64,000 bases of DNA from Camelus ferus (Eukaryota). Each line of letters opens with the position of its first letter. Within the stretch, counting starts at the first letter, position 1. A program made the position numbers and the translations under genes. The stretch covers positions 22,384,001 through 22,448,000 of the forward strand of contig NC_045696.1 of the NCBI RefSeq assembly GCF_009834535.1. The letters are read 5' to 3'. The notes beneath the pieces were generated by a model. The model saw nothing but the letters and a program-made list of their open reading frames with translations. It was not told where the DNA came from and did no database searches. This document shows positions 50,879 to 63,066 of the stretch, in pieces.

Positions 50879-51534
50879 TAGACTGGATACTCTTACATCA
50901 GATGCTCAGTTTTCCTCAGTTTCCTCAGATCAAGTTTTCAAGTCTCTGGCCCTTTTTATTTTGTTTCCTCTGCCAGGAATGTCTAAAGGGTTGGTTCTTA
51001 TTTTAAGGGTTATACCCTCTATAAATGCTTCTCTCATTCCATTTGGTTTTTTAAGGCCCTCTGTCACACATGCTATCACCCTACCTGTGCACACATTTCT
51101 AAACGCCCGCTTGTGTATCATGAATGCTTGTGTTTGACAGTCTCTTCTATGTGACTTGTTGCTCTTTAAGAATTCTTATTCATCCCTAAATTACCTAGCA
51201 CGTGATAGATGGTAAAGCAAAGTTTGTTGAATAATAAATGTGCTTGAAATTATGTCAGAAACAGAGCATGAAAGACGATAATCATGGGGGTGGGAAGAAT
51301 GATAATGAGTATCTAAAAGCTTCTGGTTCCTTCTTCTTCTAGTTCTTACTCTAAGTTAGCCTGAAACCCAAAGAGCCAAGCAACCCTTTAAAGGGCACTT
51401 TGACACCCGCTAAGGGGAGTGGTAGGTATAGAGGTGGAGTCGGCTTTAAGATGGAGAGTAGCTAGTACCTTCTCTCCTCCCCCTCCAACTTCCCCACCCA
51501 GGTGATGCCATGTCTGTTCAACTAACGATGACCA

Positions 51535-51650
51535 CGTTGACCACATGTTCAAGCTGTTCAGGACAGTCCCAGTTTACATCTATTTCTTGATATAATTACT
51601 AAAGTGCCCCCTTTTATTCTTAAAAATGTCCTCATTTGTAATATATATAT
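51535..51650. mobile_element. MER94-like hAT-Blackjack fragment
   Basis: GGACAGTCCCAGTTTAC...TATAATTA..AGTGCCCCCTTT..TCT.AAAA.TGTCC. Confidence 0.6.
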
Positions 51651-52884
51651 ACTCATTCAAATTTAGTTCATTGAAAAGTACATTTCCTGTGCTGGCAAAC
51701 TCATGTGATATAAATAAATACAAATGTAGATACTGTGGATACACACACATTAAACTTCCATCTAAAATAGAAAATGAATTGTTTCCATGAAAGTTGAATG
51801 TTCTTTTTCTTCGTGACAGTGATGGTAATGAACGTATTAGCAGAAGAAAACTTAATGAAAATCAGAAATTCCCTTTAGTTTTTCAATTTCTCATTTTAAA
51901 ACTAGTGTTTTAAAGCTAGTCATAAGTCATGGCTATGCATGTTGAACATTTTGATTTGTATTTCTTATTATGTTTTATCTTTAATTTATAACTAAAAGTT
52001 ATGAGTATAGTAGGGCTACTGTAACAGGGGCTTTTAAAGGCACTATTCATGATTTATCAAAATGAGAGCAAGAGAATATATATTTCAAATTATGTAAAGG
52101 CCAGGAAGAAATGCTTGTGTAAAGCCCAGCTGAGAATAAGCTGGTAAAGGGATGCTTAGGACAAGAAAGAAAAATGTATTGTATCTTAAGGGTTTGGTTT
52201 GCTAAAGCTAAAAACATTATTGGTTTTAGTATTTGTTAATATTTACTGAAGCCTAGTTTGGTTTTTTAATAAAGCGACTTTTTTCTTTTTGGAATGGAAT
52301 GGGAGGAATTAATGGTTAAGGTTAAATCTGGGTGAGCTCAGGATAGAGCTACCATTTTAAGCCCCCAGGCCAACTTTGCTCTTTGAAGTTCAGAGTGAGT
52401 GACCATGGCAAGATATAGTCATATGGTGGCAGGAAATTACAGGACATCTTTCTAAATTACACAGATAGTTTTGAATGTATGAGTGGTGAAATTGTGAAAA
52501 CAAACAGTAGGAGAAGCAGTAGTAGTTGGAGCCAACATTTATGATGTGCTCGCCTCATGTCAGGCATGGGGCTCAGTATTTCATATGAAATATTTGAGTT
52601 AATCCTTGCAACAGTGTTATGATAACAGCCTATGAGGAAACCTAGAATCAGTCAGTGGTAGAGCCTGGAAAGGAACACCTGTCAGTCTGAGTCCTGAGCC
52701 CAGGCTTCTAATCAACGCTAGGCTGCACCTCCCACAATACGGTGAGTGTCATAATAGCTGTCACTTACTGAAGACATAATAAGTGCCCAGGGCTTTAAAA
52801 TTATGTTTAATCCTTCCAGCACAAATATATTACTTCAATTTTTCTCTGAAAGGAACCAAGGTTCAGAGTGCCTGAATGACTTTT

Positions 52885-53228
52885 CAGTTATGCAAATTAC
52901 CACAATTTTAATTGTTTAAGACAACACACATTTATTCTTTTATGGTTCTGGAGTCCTAAAATCAAGGTTTCAGGAAGGCTGTATTCCTCAAATCTCTGCC
53001 TCCATCATTACAGCTCTGTATTTGACTCTCACCTTCCTACATTCCTCCTATAAGGACCCTGTAATTACAATGGGCCCACCCGGGTAGTCCAAGATAATCT
53101 CTCCATCTCAAAATCCTTAATTTAATCACATCTACAAAGTCCCTTTTGTCATTTAAAGTGACATATTCACAGGTCCCAGCGACCAGGAGGTGGATATCTT
53201 TGGAGGCATCATTATTCAGTCCAGCTAA
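52885..53228 (-). mobile_element. MaLR LTR (MLT1A/B-like), internally deleted
   Basis: TATAAGGACCCTGTAATTACAATGGGCCCACC...GATAATCTCTCCATCTCAAAATCCTTAATTTAATCACATCT. Confidence 0.8.
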
Positions 53229-53479
53229 TTCCCCCTGGGTCTCAGAGCTGATAAGTATTAGAGATGAGATTTAGTTCTAGATGTTTTTAGGCTCCAATGT
53301 TCACACTATTGCTGCTCTACCACATTAGTGAGGATCCTATCAGGCATTCAGAGAAACATTTGTTGCGATTATAAAAAGAGCCAGAAACTGTGGTAGGTAC
53401 CGGAAAAATATGAAATGCTTTATGAGTCATTGTGTAAGTGCCTTATTAATCCCTATATTCTTCTTTTAACAAATTTTTA

Positions 53480-53900
53480 GTAATATATTTTATTTACCCC
53501 CAAATATCTAAAATATATTTCAACATGTAATCAACATAAAAAATACTCTATGGTGGGGGGGAGGGTATAGATGCACAAGGTGCTGAGTTCAATCCCCAGG
53601 ACCTCCATAAAAAAACCCAAAAAATTAATAATAAAAATATTTTACATCTTTAATACTCTGTCTTTAAAATCTAGTGTTTTATACTTAGAATTCGTCTATT
53701 TGGACACCAAATTTTCATAGGAGATGCTTGATCTGTATTTAGATATAAAATTTGCAGTCAAAGAAGTAGACGCACATGCCTCATTGTTCTAAATACACTT
53801 AAAACAAACATTCCAAACACACTCATAAGTTTTTGAATAACTGGGTTGATGTGTTTTTAAATTAAAACTAAAATGAAAAAATTTAAAACTTTTAATCTCT
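53480..53900. mobile_element. MER33/Charlie1-like hAT remnant hosting a SINE
   Basis: TATATTTTATTTA.CCC.AAATATCTAAAATA..TTTCAACATGTAATCAA. Confidence 0.6.
53552..53635 (+). mobile_element. tRNA-derived SINE with the A box deleted
   Basis: GGGGGGAGGGTATAG^ATGCACAAGGTGCTGAGTTCAATCCCCAGGACCTCC + A tail. Confidence 0.85.
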
Positions 53901-54379
53901 GTATTTTTCAGTAGTCAAGGAGATTAAAGATTAATAAACTTAAATAATTAAGAAGATAAAATAACTCCCAGGATAAGCATTATTAAGCTCTACTTCATTG
54001 TATTAAAATTTTTTTAAACTTATTTCTCCCTTCTAGAGATTAACACTAGATCAAAGTAGACATTGTATTTTTAAAAATTTAATTTTTTTCTCAGATTTGT
54101 GAAATGGAAATCTTTGCTGTACAGAAGATAGATAGAAGTATATAAGATCTGGTTCTGTTTGTTTTTCAAAACTTGTGAAATTTGCTTCCCCTACTGCTAA
54201 AAAACGATCACCATGCTTGGTGGTCTTCTTTAGATTTTAGAAGGAACATAACTCAAACATTTAACCAAGTAGCCCAGAAGGCTGCTTGCCAGCTCGGAGT
54301 GGGTTCCAGGGCAAGAGAGTATACTTTAGCTGGGCCAGAGGGTCTGTTGGGTCTTTTAAGATCTGGAGTATCCAAATAT

Positions 54380-55520
54380 CCGTGGCTGATCTGTATGAAT
54401 GAAGTCTGTGGCAGGCCTTTGAGTGGAATTGTAATGCTCTCTTTGACAGATAACTAGTCTTTTTGAGAAGAAGCTCTTGGTCTTCTCCTTATTCCTAATG
54501 GAGATTTAATTCCTGGCCATGGCATCCTAAGTTCTCCTGGGACCTACATTGCCCATCGAGGACTGGGTGATATCTGAACCCAAGCCTGGGTGGTTCAGCA
54601 GCCCTTTAACGTCAAGTTACAGTGATGTATTTCAGTTCCAAAGGGCCAAATTAAATTGAATAAACAGATGGCTCACAACTTCTAATATGCTTACTCTGGC
54701 TACACAGCCACATCTCCCCTCAACTCTTATAGAGAAAGTTTCTTTAGATGAGTTGATTGGGAAGAAAAAGAATGAGCCTGTTTACTGATGGCTATGCACC
54801 AACCAGAACTGGATTCTGGCCCAATTATAGACTTAGAGGTGCCCCTAAAGGAGAGTGAAGAAGAGAAATCCTCCCAATGTGCAAAACTTGGACCAGGATG
54901 TTTCATTGTCCAATTTACGTGGTAGGAGAAATGCCTTGAGGAAATGGATCTATATCCAGAATATTTCCAGAGAACTGTGTGGAAAAACACTGGAGGATTG
55001 GTGACTAGAACACTTGAGGAAGTAGTAGGTGGATTCATCCTTTGGAACATGGGAAGATTTATGCCCCATGTGTATATTTATGAGAGGTATCCTACTGCAG
55101 AAGAGGATCTCAGTGATCAAGTAGACAGGAGGACTTGTTACTCTGTTTTTCCCTAGTTACCCAAGTTTTGGTCCTTGCTTAATGGGTTCGTATACAAGGT
55201 AGATTGTGACTATAACCAAGAGTCATAGATTACACATGGCTTCAACAAGATAGACTTCCTCATGCCAGAGCTAACAGGGCAGCTGTCGCGGTTGATTGTC
55301 CAATTTGTTACCAGCATCGACCTGCTCTGAATTGCTGTATGCTACCATATGCCTAGGACTCCAGCCAGCCACTTAGTTGATTACATTGGACACAGAGCAT
55401 CATATAGGAGAAGTAATTTATTCTTGGTAGACTAGATGATTTATTCTGTATTTCCACTTGCCTTGTCTGATGATCGTGCTTTTGTGTGAATGCTATCTGG
55501 AGACTTACCAAATGCCTTAT
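54380..55520 (+). mobile_element. ERVL internal pol remnant (RNase H/integrase region)
   Basis: Degenerate match to ERVL pol segments (FEK.LL.., LPI..WV.S.P, GE.KSSQ.A.L, A..C..CQQ); no intact ORF. Confidence 0.7.
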
Positions 55521-56068
55521 TGTGTTAGCTTTCTGTTGCTGCCGAAATTACCCTAAATCTAGCGGTTTATAAAAGTGGCCTGTTTATTATCCCAGGATTT
55601 CTTTGGGTCAGAAGTCCAGGCACGGCATAGCTCAGCTGGTTCTCTGTTTAGAGTCTTCCAAGGCTGAAATCAAGATGTCAGCAGGGACATGTTCCTTTCT
55701 GGAAGCTTTAGTAGAGAATTCATTTCCAGGCCCATTCAGGTTGTTGGCAGAATTTAGTTCCATCCTAGTTTGGATTGAAGTTCCCCACTTCCTTGCTGAT
55801 TGTGAACTGGAATCATTCTAGAGGCTGCCCGCATTTCCTGGATTATGACCTCCTTTGAAGCCAACAATGGCCCTTCGAGTCCCTCTCATGCTTCAGATCT
55901 CTCTGCTTCATCTCTCCAGTGTGTGTCTCTGTCACACCTCTTCTAGTGACCCTTCTGTCTTCCTCTTCTGCTTGTAAGGCCTCGTGTAATTACATTGGGC
56001 CTGAATAACCCAGGAAAATCTCTATATTTTAAGGTCAGCTAGCTGATTAGTTATCTTAATTACATCCC
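55521..56068 (-). mobile_element. MaLR LTR (MLT1D/E-like)
   Basis: TGTGTTAGCTTTCTGTTGCTG, TGGGTCAGAAGTCCAGGCACGG, CAAGGCTGAAATCAAGATGTCAGCAGGG. Confidence 0.8.
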
Positions 56069-56140
56069 TGTCTCTATCTCTGTCTCCTCTATCTCTTTCT
56101 CCAAATATATATAATACATAGTATATTATATATTATATAT

Positions 56141-56555
56141 GCAGGATGCAGTTGCTAAAGCAAATCAAACAAAAGACGGCTTGCCTGTCACTTTAGGCAA
56201 GCATATTCTTGGTCTTGACATAGGAGATGCAGTTCTTAAGGAAGCTGCTCAGATTCTGTGAACACTGCGTACAGAAGAGCTCAGAGAGCTACAGACAGAA
56301 ATTAACGAGGCCATAGCAGCTGTTCAGGTGATTACTGCCGATCCAAAGCAGAGCACAGACTGGGGAAAGTTGGAAGATGAACATTTTAGGATTTCAGCAT
56401 CTCACCTACTTAGTACAGTTAGAAACCATGTACACTCTGGCCATGTGTTTGGAAATGTCATGTTTTTAAGGGAAGAATCCCATAAAACTGACTATGTTCT
56501 AGAGATTTGCCATCATTGCTTTTTCTTTAATAAAGTGGGGAAAGTGAAAAATATA
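56141..56555 (+). pseudogene. RTRAF: 5'-truncated processed pseudogene of RTRAF (C14orf166/CGI-99/hCLE)
   Basis: Frame from 56142: QDAVAKANQTKDGLPVTLGKHILGLDIGDAVLKEAAQIL*TLRTEELRELQTEINEAIAAVQVITADPK, matching the RTRAF C-terminus; in-frame TGA at 56259, 1-bp deletion ~56349, native stop ..GKVGR* at 56378-56380, 3'UTR with AATAAA at 56529-56534. Confidence 0.93.
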
Positions 56556-56864
56556 TATATATTTGTCCTAAAGTCAGAATACATAGACATGGATCTGAGA
56601 ATCAAGAGTGCAAATAAAATTGGTATCTCTGACCAATTTACCAATTTTTTGGTAGTAACAGTTTGTTGCCACTCCCACAATTTGTTTGAAAGTTTAAGTA
56701 ACCAAAATAAGAAAGACTTCCTAGAGACACCTAGAGAGACAAACATGTTTCTACAGAATCTGAGATTGAGGTTTTTCCAACTGAATAAGAATATTTCACC
56801 AGAGAACGTAACAATAGTACTACTATATTGAAAGTTGAAACACTTGCTCATTTTTGACTCCTCA

Positions 56865-57380
56865 TGTCACTGAATAAACAGGCAGGTATTCAGGGTTGCA
56901 GTGTTGTCTGGGAGTGAAAAAACCTGTTACTAAAAGAGACCAGGGCTGCTGCTGTGTTGAGAGAGGCTGAGAAGAGTGTTGAACCCAGGAGGCCACTTGG
57001 CTTCCTGTCACATCAGGCGGTAAAGATGAATGTTAGGTGGCAGCGTAATCCCTCTCCCCAGGCGTCAAGGACTCCGGCCCCTTAGGAATAAATGTTTGGG
57101 TTAGTTCACAAGCTGCTGGCTTAGAACAAAGGAACATGGAAGATGCTGTGGAGGAGGTAAGTCTTAACTTGTCAACTATGTAGCTTTATGACCACCTGTA
57201 GGATTAGTGTTATCTACTTCTGTTTCTGTCCTTGCTCTCTCAGTTATTCATTTCTTTATTCCAGCAAATATTCTACTATTTTACATAGGCTGTGCTGGTA
57301 GTGTGTGACTTTACAACTTAGTCCACAGATTACAGAATGTCATGTTGGGGACATTATCAAGATGTAGGTCTAAGGATATT
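56865..57380 (+). mobile_element. ERVL internal 3' remnant (continuation of 54380-55520)
   Basis: CTCCTCATGTCACTGAATAAACAGGCAG, GGGCTGCTGCT, CCCCTTAGGAATAAATGTTTGGGT. Confidence 0.55.
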
Positions 57381-58074
57381 ATCCATAGACCATGGGTACG
57401 TGTATGTGTATGTGTGTGTGTGTGTGTATGATATATATCTATATTATGAAATTTTAAAACTGATTCACCGTTAAGGAGGTACATCCATTTTCAATTATAC
57501 GAAAGATAGTGGCGTTATGTTAAGAATTTGTTTGTTGTTGCTGTTTGCAAGTTTGCTGATTTTGGGAAACTCAGTGGAGTGGACCTTTTAGGCTTTGTTA
57601 TTGTCCAGCATCTTTCGGATACCTTATTTTAGTTTGGGAATTTTCCATGTTATATTGGGGAGTAAAATCCCCCAAGACAGAAAACAGAAGTTAATTTTCC
57701 CAGTTTCCTTTTGCACTTGGGGAGTAGGCACTGGCTCTACCAGTGAGGTGCTTCAGAGTTTAATATGGCAGAGAGGACCTTGAGGATGGTGTGCCTTACA
57801 GAATCCACTGTTTCCCAGTACGGGAAATGGTGGTATCTGGCTTTTAGCGGAATTAGCAGTGGAGGTTCTGTTTTTTAGTGTTTAGTATCAGTTGTTTAAA
57901 CTGCAGTGTCTGTACCCAACGATGCCATCTGAGATATTGCCAATGGGGCGGTCCTCCTGGTTGGGGTGCTGTTTTTTCTGTGGAAATGCCAAGACTGAGG
58001 CTCTGGCCTTCCTGGAGATTGTGAAAGCCACATAATACATTTTACTTTTTTTTTCCTTTTGGTGGTTGCTCTCT

Positions 58075-58367
58075 CTCTCAGCTCACTTACTCTATGGAGA
58101 GGATCATATGGCAAAGAATTGAGGCTTCTGGCCAATAGCCGTATGAGTGATGAGTGAGCTTGGCAGGGAACGCACCAGGTCCAGTCAAGCCTTCAGACAA
58201 CTCTAGTTCTGGCTGACATCCTGATTGCAGCCTCCTGACAGACTCTGTGCCAGACTCACATAACTAAGCTCCTGACCCACAGAAACTGGGATAATAAATG
58301 CTTGTTGTTTTAAGGCATTAAATTTGAGGGTAATTTATTACGTAGCAATAGATAAAGACAAGCAGAT
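58075..58367 (+). mobile_element. MaLR LTR (MLT1F-like)
   Basis: CCAGTCAAGCCTTCAGA, CCTGACCCACAGAAACTG, AATAAATGCTTGTTGTTTTAAG, GCAATAGATAA. Confidence 0.85.
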
Positions 58368-58526
58368 ATGGTGGAATGAGAAATTCCAGGCTGATTGAAG
58401 GGGCAGTGTGAAATGAACTGCTGGGATAGTTGAGTCCCTTGCTTTTCTGAACTTTAAGATCTCTGCATGTGGTACCTAATTTACGACTTATCCATAGCTC
58501 CTGTCTCCTGCCTGGATCTGAAGCCA

Positions 58527-58542
58527 GCACCAGGGGGAGCAG
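58527..58542 (+). promoter_or_regulatory. Putative CTCF motif
   Basis: GCACCAGGGGGAGCAG; motif match only. Confidence 0.4.
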
Positions 58543-60149
58543 AGATTATGAAGCCACCTGTGTCTGCTCCTGCAGGGAGCTCACAGGCAGAGCAGCTACG
58601 TGTGCTGCATCTGGTAAGGCAGTCTTGGGTCCTTGGGAGAGTGCCTGGGCCCTCTGGCATTGCCTCAACTGCTGCAGGCCAGAGAGCTTGCAGGGATACA
58701 AGGAACTCATCAGTCATTATCAAGAACAAAGGCATTGCTCCATGTTTCTGTAAGGCTGAGAATATTTGTCCGGGACATGGAAGACTCAATGGTGGTAGAC
58801 TGCATTGTGAACTGAGCCCTGTCTCGGGAGATGGAGAGTGGAGGTGTGATCAGATCTATATCTTGAAAACATCAGTCGATCACTCTGGCCACATTCCTGG
58901 TTCTTCACACCCCATTCATTCTTTCCATCTTTCCCCAAATGGTCTTCATGTGTTATTTCAGGAGGATGAATTGTCACTACCTTTAGAAGAGCCATTTGCT
59001 AATTTACCAGTGACCTCACCTCAGTTCTCTTCAGTTGTGTGTAGAAGTCAGCACTGCTCTAGGGAACGGCTTCACTGTCCGTTGTTACATGAACAGATTC
59101 CTCATGTTGTTAATTTCTGAGACATTCAACCCCAAAGTTCTTATCTAACCTTCTTTGTTCTCTCCCTCTTCAACTCTCTGAGTACAACAATTATAATGGT
59201 AGTAAAATTGATGACTAACGTTTTTGATGTTTGGAGTTTGAGTTCATAAGGAATGTTCGAACGCAGCTTTCAGAAATGAGAGAATAGGCCATTTGTCTGG
59301 CAACGTGGACTTGAGAGTTACCTGCGTCAACATGATATTTGAAGCTGGTTATACATAAGATCGGGGGAAAGGTAGTTGAAGACAAAACAAGAAAAGAAAC
59401 AGATAAGTTTCATTTTACCCACATATTAGAATTGTAACATAATGTTCATGCTTTGCCAGAGCTACTGAAGAAAAATTACAGTTAATACCAACTGATTTTT
59501 CAATCGCATCCTTTATTTCTTCTGACCGTTCTAATATAGGAGATAACTTGCTTAGTATTGACAAAGAAAAGGGGAAGCAAAGATTTGTTAATGCATTTTC
59601 TGGGTAACTGGTCCCTGGAAAGGTCAGTTTATTGTTAATTAAGCAGTATTTTAAATGTTTTATTAGGGTTGAGTAGGAGTGAGATGTCATTACTGGAAAC
59701 TAGTCATTGTTGAAAGACGGGATAACTTCTGGTAAAACTGAAAATTTTAATTTCTTCATATAGAAAAAGGCACGAGTGATTCTTACTCTTCAGGAAGTCT
59801 GCTGCTCTCAAAGCGTAATTTCAATGTTCAAGAAGAGAGAAAGCAGTCGTAAATTTCTCTGAAATCAAGTTAAGTCAGTGGGGGGTTGTACAAGGAAGTG
59901 AAAGGAAGGCAAACAGAACTTATCAAATATATTGTTCATGAAAATGGTTTAGAAAATTTAATATGAATGAATTTATACATTCACTTCCTAAATTTTATGG
60001 ACAGAGCATACATTTTTTGGGGGAGGGGGAATTAAGAAAAACTTTGGAATGAAGAAAAAAGTTTAAAACAGTTTTACTTATTCGAATGCAGCAAATAAAT
60101 GTGAGAGGTTTAAAAGTCTGTGTGGTTGAAGGTAACAGTGCTTGTGCAG

Positions 60150-60724
60150 CTGTGATGGGTGGAACCATGGCCCCAGACATGCCCGGGTCTTAATGCCTGG
60201 CACCTGGGAATATGTTACCTGATCTGGCAAAAGTGTCTTTGCAGGTATGATGAAAAGAACAGACTTTGAAATGGGGAGGTTGGATCCTGGATCATCTGTG
60301 TGGACTCAATCTAATCATGTGAGAAATGGAGAACCTTTCCAAGCTGGGTCAGAGAGACAAGACAGAAAGGAGAGATCTGAAGCTTGGGAAGGACTCCATC
60401 CACGACTGCTGGTTTTGAAGATGGAAGAAGGAGGCTGAGAGCAAAGGCAGGCAGCGGCCTCTAGAAGCTGGAGAGGGTACTCAGCCAGCAAGGAAGTGAG
60501 GACCTCAGTCCTACAACTGCAGGGAACTGAATTCTGCTAAAAACCTGAATGAGCTTGCAAGTGGATCGTCCCCTAGAGACTCCAGAGAGGAACATAGCAT
60601 TCGATTTTAGGCTGTTGAGCCCCAGACTCCTGATCTCCAGAACTGTAATATAAGTATATTTGTGTTGTTTCAAGCCACTAAATTTGTGATAATTTGTTAG
60701 AATAACAATGGAAAGCTAATTCAG
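60150..60724 (+). mobile_element. MaLR solo LTR (MLT1D/E-like)
   Basis: ATGGCCCCAG, GAATATGTTACC, GCGGCCTCTAGAAGCTGGA, TGTGTTGTTTCAAGCCACTAAATTTGTGATAATTTGTTA. Confidence 0.85.
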
Positions 60725-61184
60725 CGACTTTATTTGAAATGTGTGTAACTACATTACACCTTCAGTAAACCTCCCAGTCTAGACAAGTTTGTATTGAAGC
60801 CCTTGATATGCCTTTTAGATGGAGGTGGCTTTTAATTTCCAATTAGAAACAAAATCCAATCTAATTCCTAAAATACCTATCAGTGTTTTGAATTATAGTT
60901 TAACTAAAGAAGATAAGGCTGGAATCATGTTTTCTGTTATTATATTACTAACAATAATAAACCATATTGATCATTTAACTTTCTCATACCTACTACAATA
61001 TATTTGTGAAAGGAAGAAATTGTTCTTAACACTTATGTAAAATGAAGGTGGACACTATGTTGGTTATACACACAGATCTGATGGTTTTCTTGGCTATGCT
61101 AAGAAGGCTATCACTTAAGGTAGCTATATACTCTCTTCAGCCAATGAATAAGATCCCAGCTTAACTGAGTAATTTATTAATGCA

Positions 61185-61385
61185 TGCAGTATAGTATGGT
61201 GGAATGAGCGCTGTTCTTGGAATCAGAAGACCTTAGTTGAATGCCACCTTCACCTACATTGTGTCAGATAAGACAACAAATCTCTCTGAGTGACTGTTTC
61301 CTAATTTGTGATATAGGAATGATGTCTATCGTAAAACTTGTTCTTGAGATAGAATGAAATTTCTTCTCACGTCTTATATTGGCAT
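61185..61385 (+). mobile_element. MIR fragment
   Basis: GCAGTATAGTATGGTGGAATGAGCGCT...GGAATCAGAAGACCT. Confidence 0.6.
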
Positions 61386-62364
61386 CATAATGTAGAGTAT
61401 AATATGCAAACACCGAGTGCTGATATGCTATCTTGGGGCTTTCCACAAAGATTGAAGAAAGTAGGAACAATTATGTTATAGGAAAGAAAAAGCTGGCTGG
61501 AGTAGGGGAGATAAAGTGGAGATAGTAGGACTATTGCCAGTACAACTGACTAGAGCAGCAGAAGAGGCGTTGGCAGGCCAGGAGGTGGAGACCAAAGTGG
61601 AGATCAGTCCCAGATGGCATCAGCCCAGCTCCATCAGTGTCACTGTTCCTGAGATATCTGGAAGAGAGGGACCCATGCTGAGTCCTCTGGGCAGTGCTGG
61701 TTTTCACTGTCGGCTTGGAAGCTTCTGGCAAGGGCTTATTTAGACTCCAAGGGACCTAAATTCAACTTAGAAGCAAAGGACTCTGGATGTACCACCTGGT
61801 CTGGAGCCTGTGGCTTCTAAGGGTGGGCAGAGCTAAATGTGTTGGTAGCAGTCATTCTCAGAGCCTCTGGGACAGGACTGTGGATGGCAGGATGGGGTCG
61901 GGATGGAGGGAAATGCAGCTGAACTCTGGGTTTCTAGGTGTCAGTGGACTCACAGTAAAAGCTGTTTCTTGAAATTTCTTCACCTGTGTCCTCACCTGAA
62001 TAATGCAGTGCTTCTGTTTTAACTTTTTAGGTTAAGGAAATAGATCTAATTTAAACAAAAAGAGAATTTTGTTTGTGGAAACTGAAGGGGCACACAAAAT
62101 CTCAGGCTGGGAAAACAAGGTCTCAGGATGTGAGTCTAACCAAAGAAGTAGGGGCAGAGGGGTATCTGCTTTGGGCTCTTTTCTGGTTTTTTTTTTTTTT
62201 TAGACTACATTTACTTAATTCTTCCCTTTCTCTCTGCACACTTTTCTACTCTGACGGAAAAAAATTTGGCTTCAAACAACTTTTGAGTTTTACATAAAAT
62301 ACACTCAGCTAGCCAGAAAGTCTCTTATTATCAGGTCAAAAATCCCTGGGGCAGGAGCCGCCAA

Positions 62365-63066
62365 TGGCCAAAATGAGCAAAATTCGAGCAATCAATAAAG
62401 TAATATTGAATTCAAACTCAAAGTATAAAATAAGTATCAATGAATGCAGGCTACTATAAAGAAATGATTAAATAAATAAATAAATAAACAAGGAAAAAGA
62501 CAAATCTCCTATGCAGAAAAATTCCAAATGATTTACCTAGATACTGTGTCCTTAAGTAGGTGGAACATAACTTTCTGCGCTTTAGGTATGGGTTTCACAT
62601 AGTGACTTCCTCCCAAACTCTACAATATGGAAGGAGAGGAAGAGTGACTTTACAGCAGAGAGAACTGACAAATGCTATCTCGGCCAGGTGATGAAGATTA
62701 ACAACAGTGATGAGTCCTGCTGGTGGTAAGCACCCTTGATATGTTGTAATGAGAATGACAATTTATCTCTGAAGTCTTTCTCCTCAAAACCAAGACCTCC
62801 AGTCTAATCGTTAGAAAAATATCAGATGAATTTCCATTGACGGACATTTTACAAAATATCTGACCAGTTCTCTTTAAAACTATCAAGGTCATAAAATAGA
62901 AGCAACGTTCTAACAGAATATATCAACATCGGTTCATTAATTGCAAAATATGTTCTATGCTAATGTAAAACATTAACAATAAGGGGAAGAGGGTGTGAGG
63001 TATACTATCTTCACAACTTTTCTGTAAATCTTAAATGATTTTAAAATAAAAAGTTTGTTTTAAAAA
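62365..63066 (+). mobile_element. Ancient L1 (L1MC/L1MD-like) 3'UTR
   Basis: AAATCTCC.ATGCAGAAAAATTCCAAA, CATAGTGACTTCC, CAACTTTTCTGTAAATCT..AATAAAAAG. Confidence 0.8.

Noticed and set aside
35468..56560. Functional link between the U6/L1 chimera and the RTRAF copy as a 'system'
   Set aside because: Both are independent dead retrocopies of abundant RNAs 20 kb apart; nothing in the sequence couples them.
56328..56831. 167-aa ORF as a gene
   Set aside because: Read-through produced by the frameshift in the RTRAF pseudogene, running into 3'UTR and flank.
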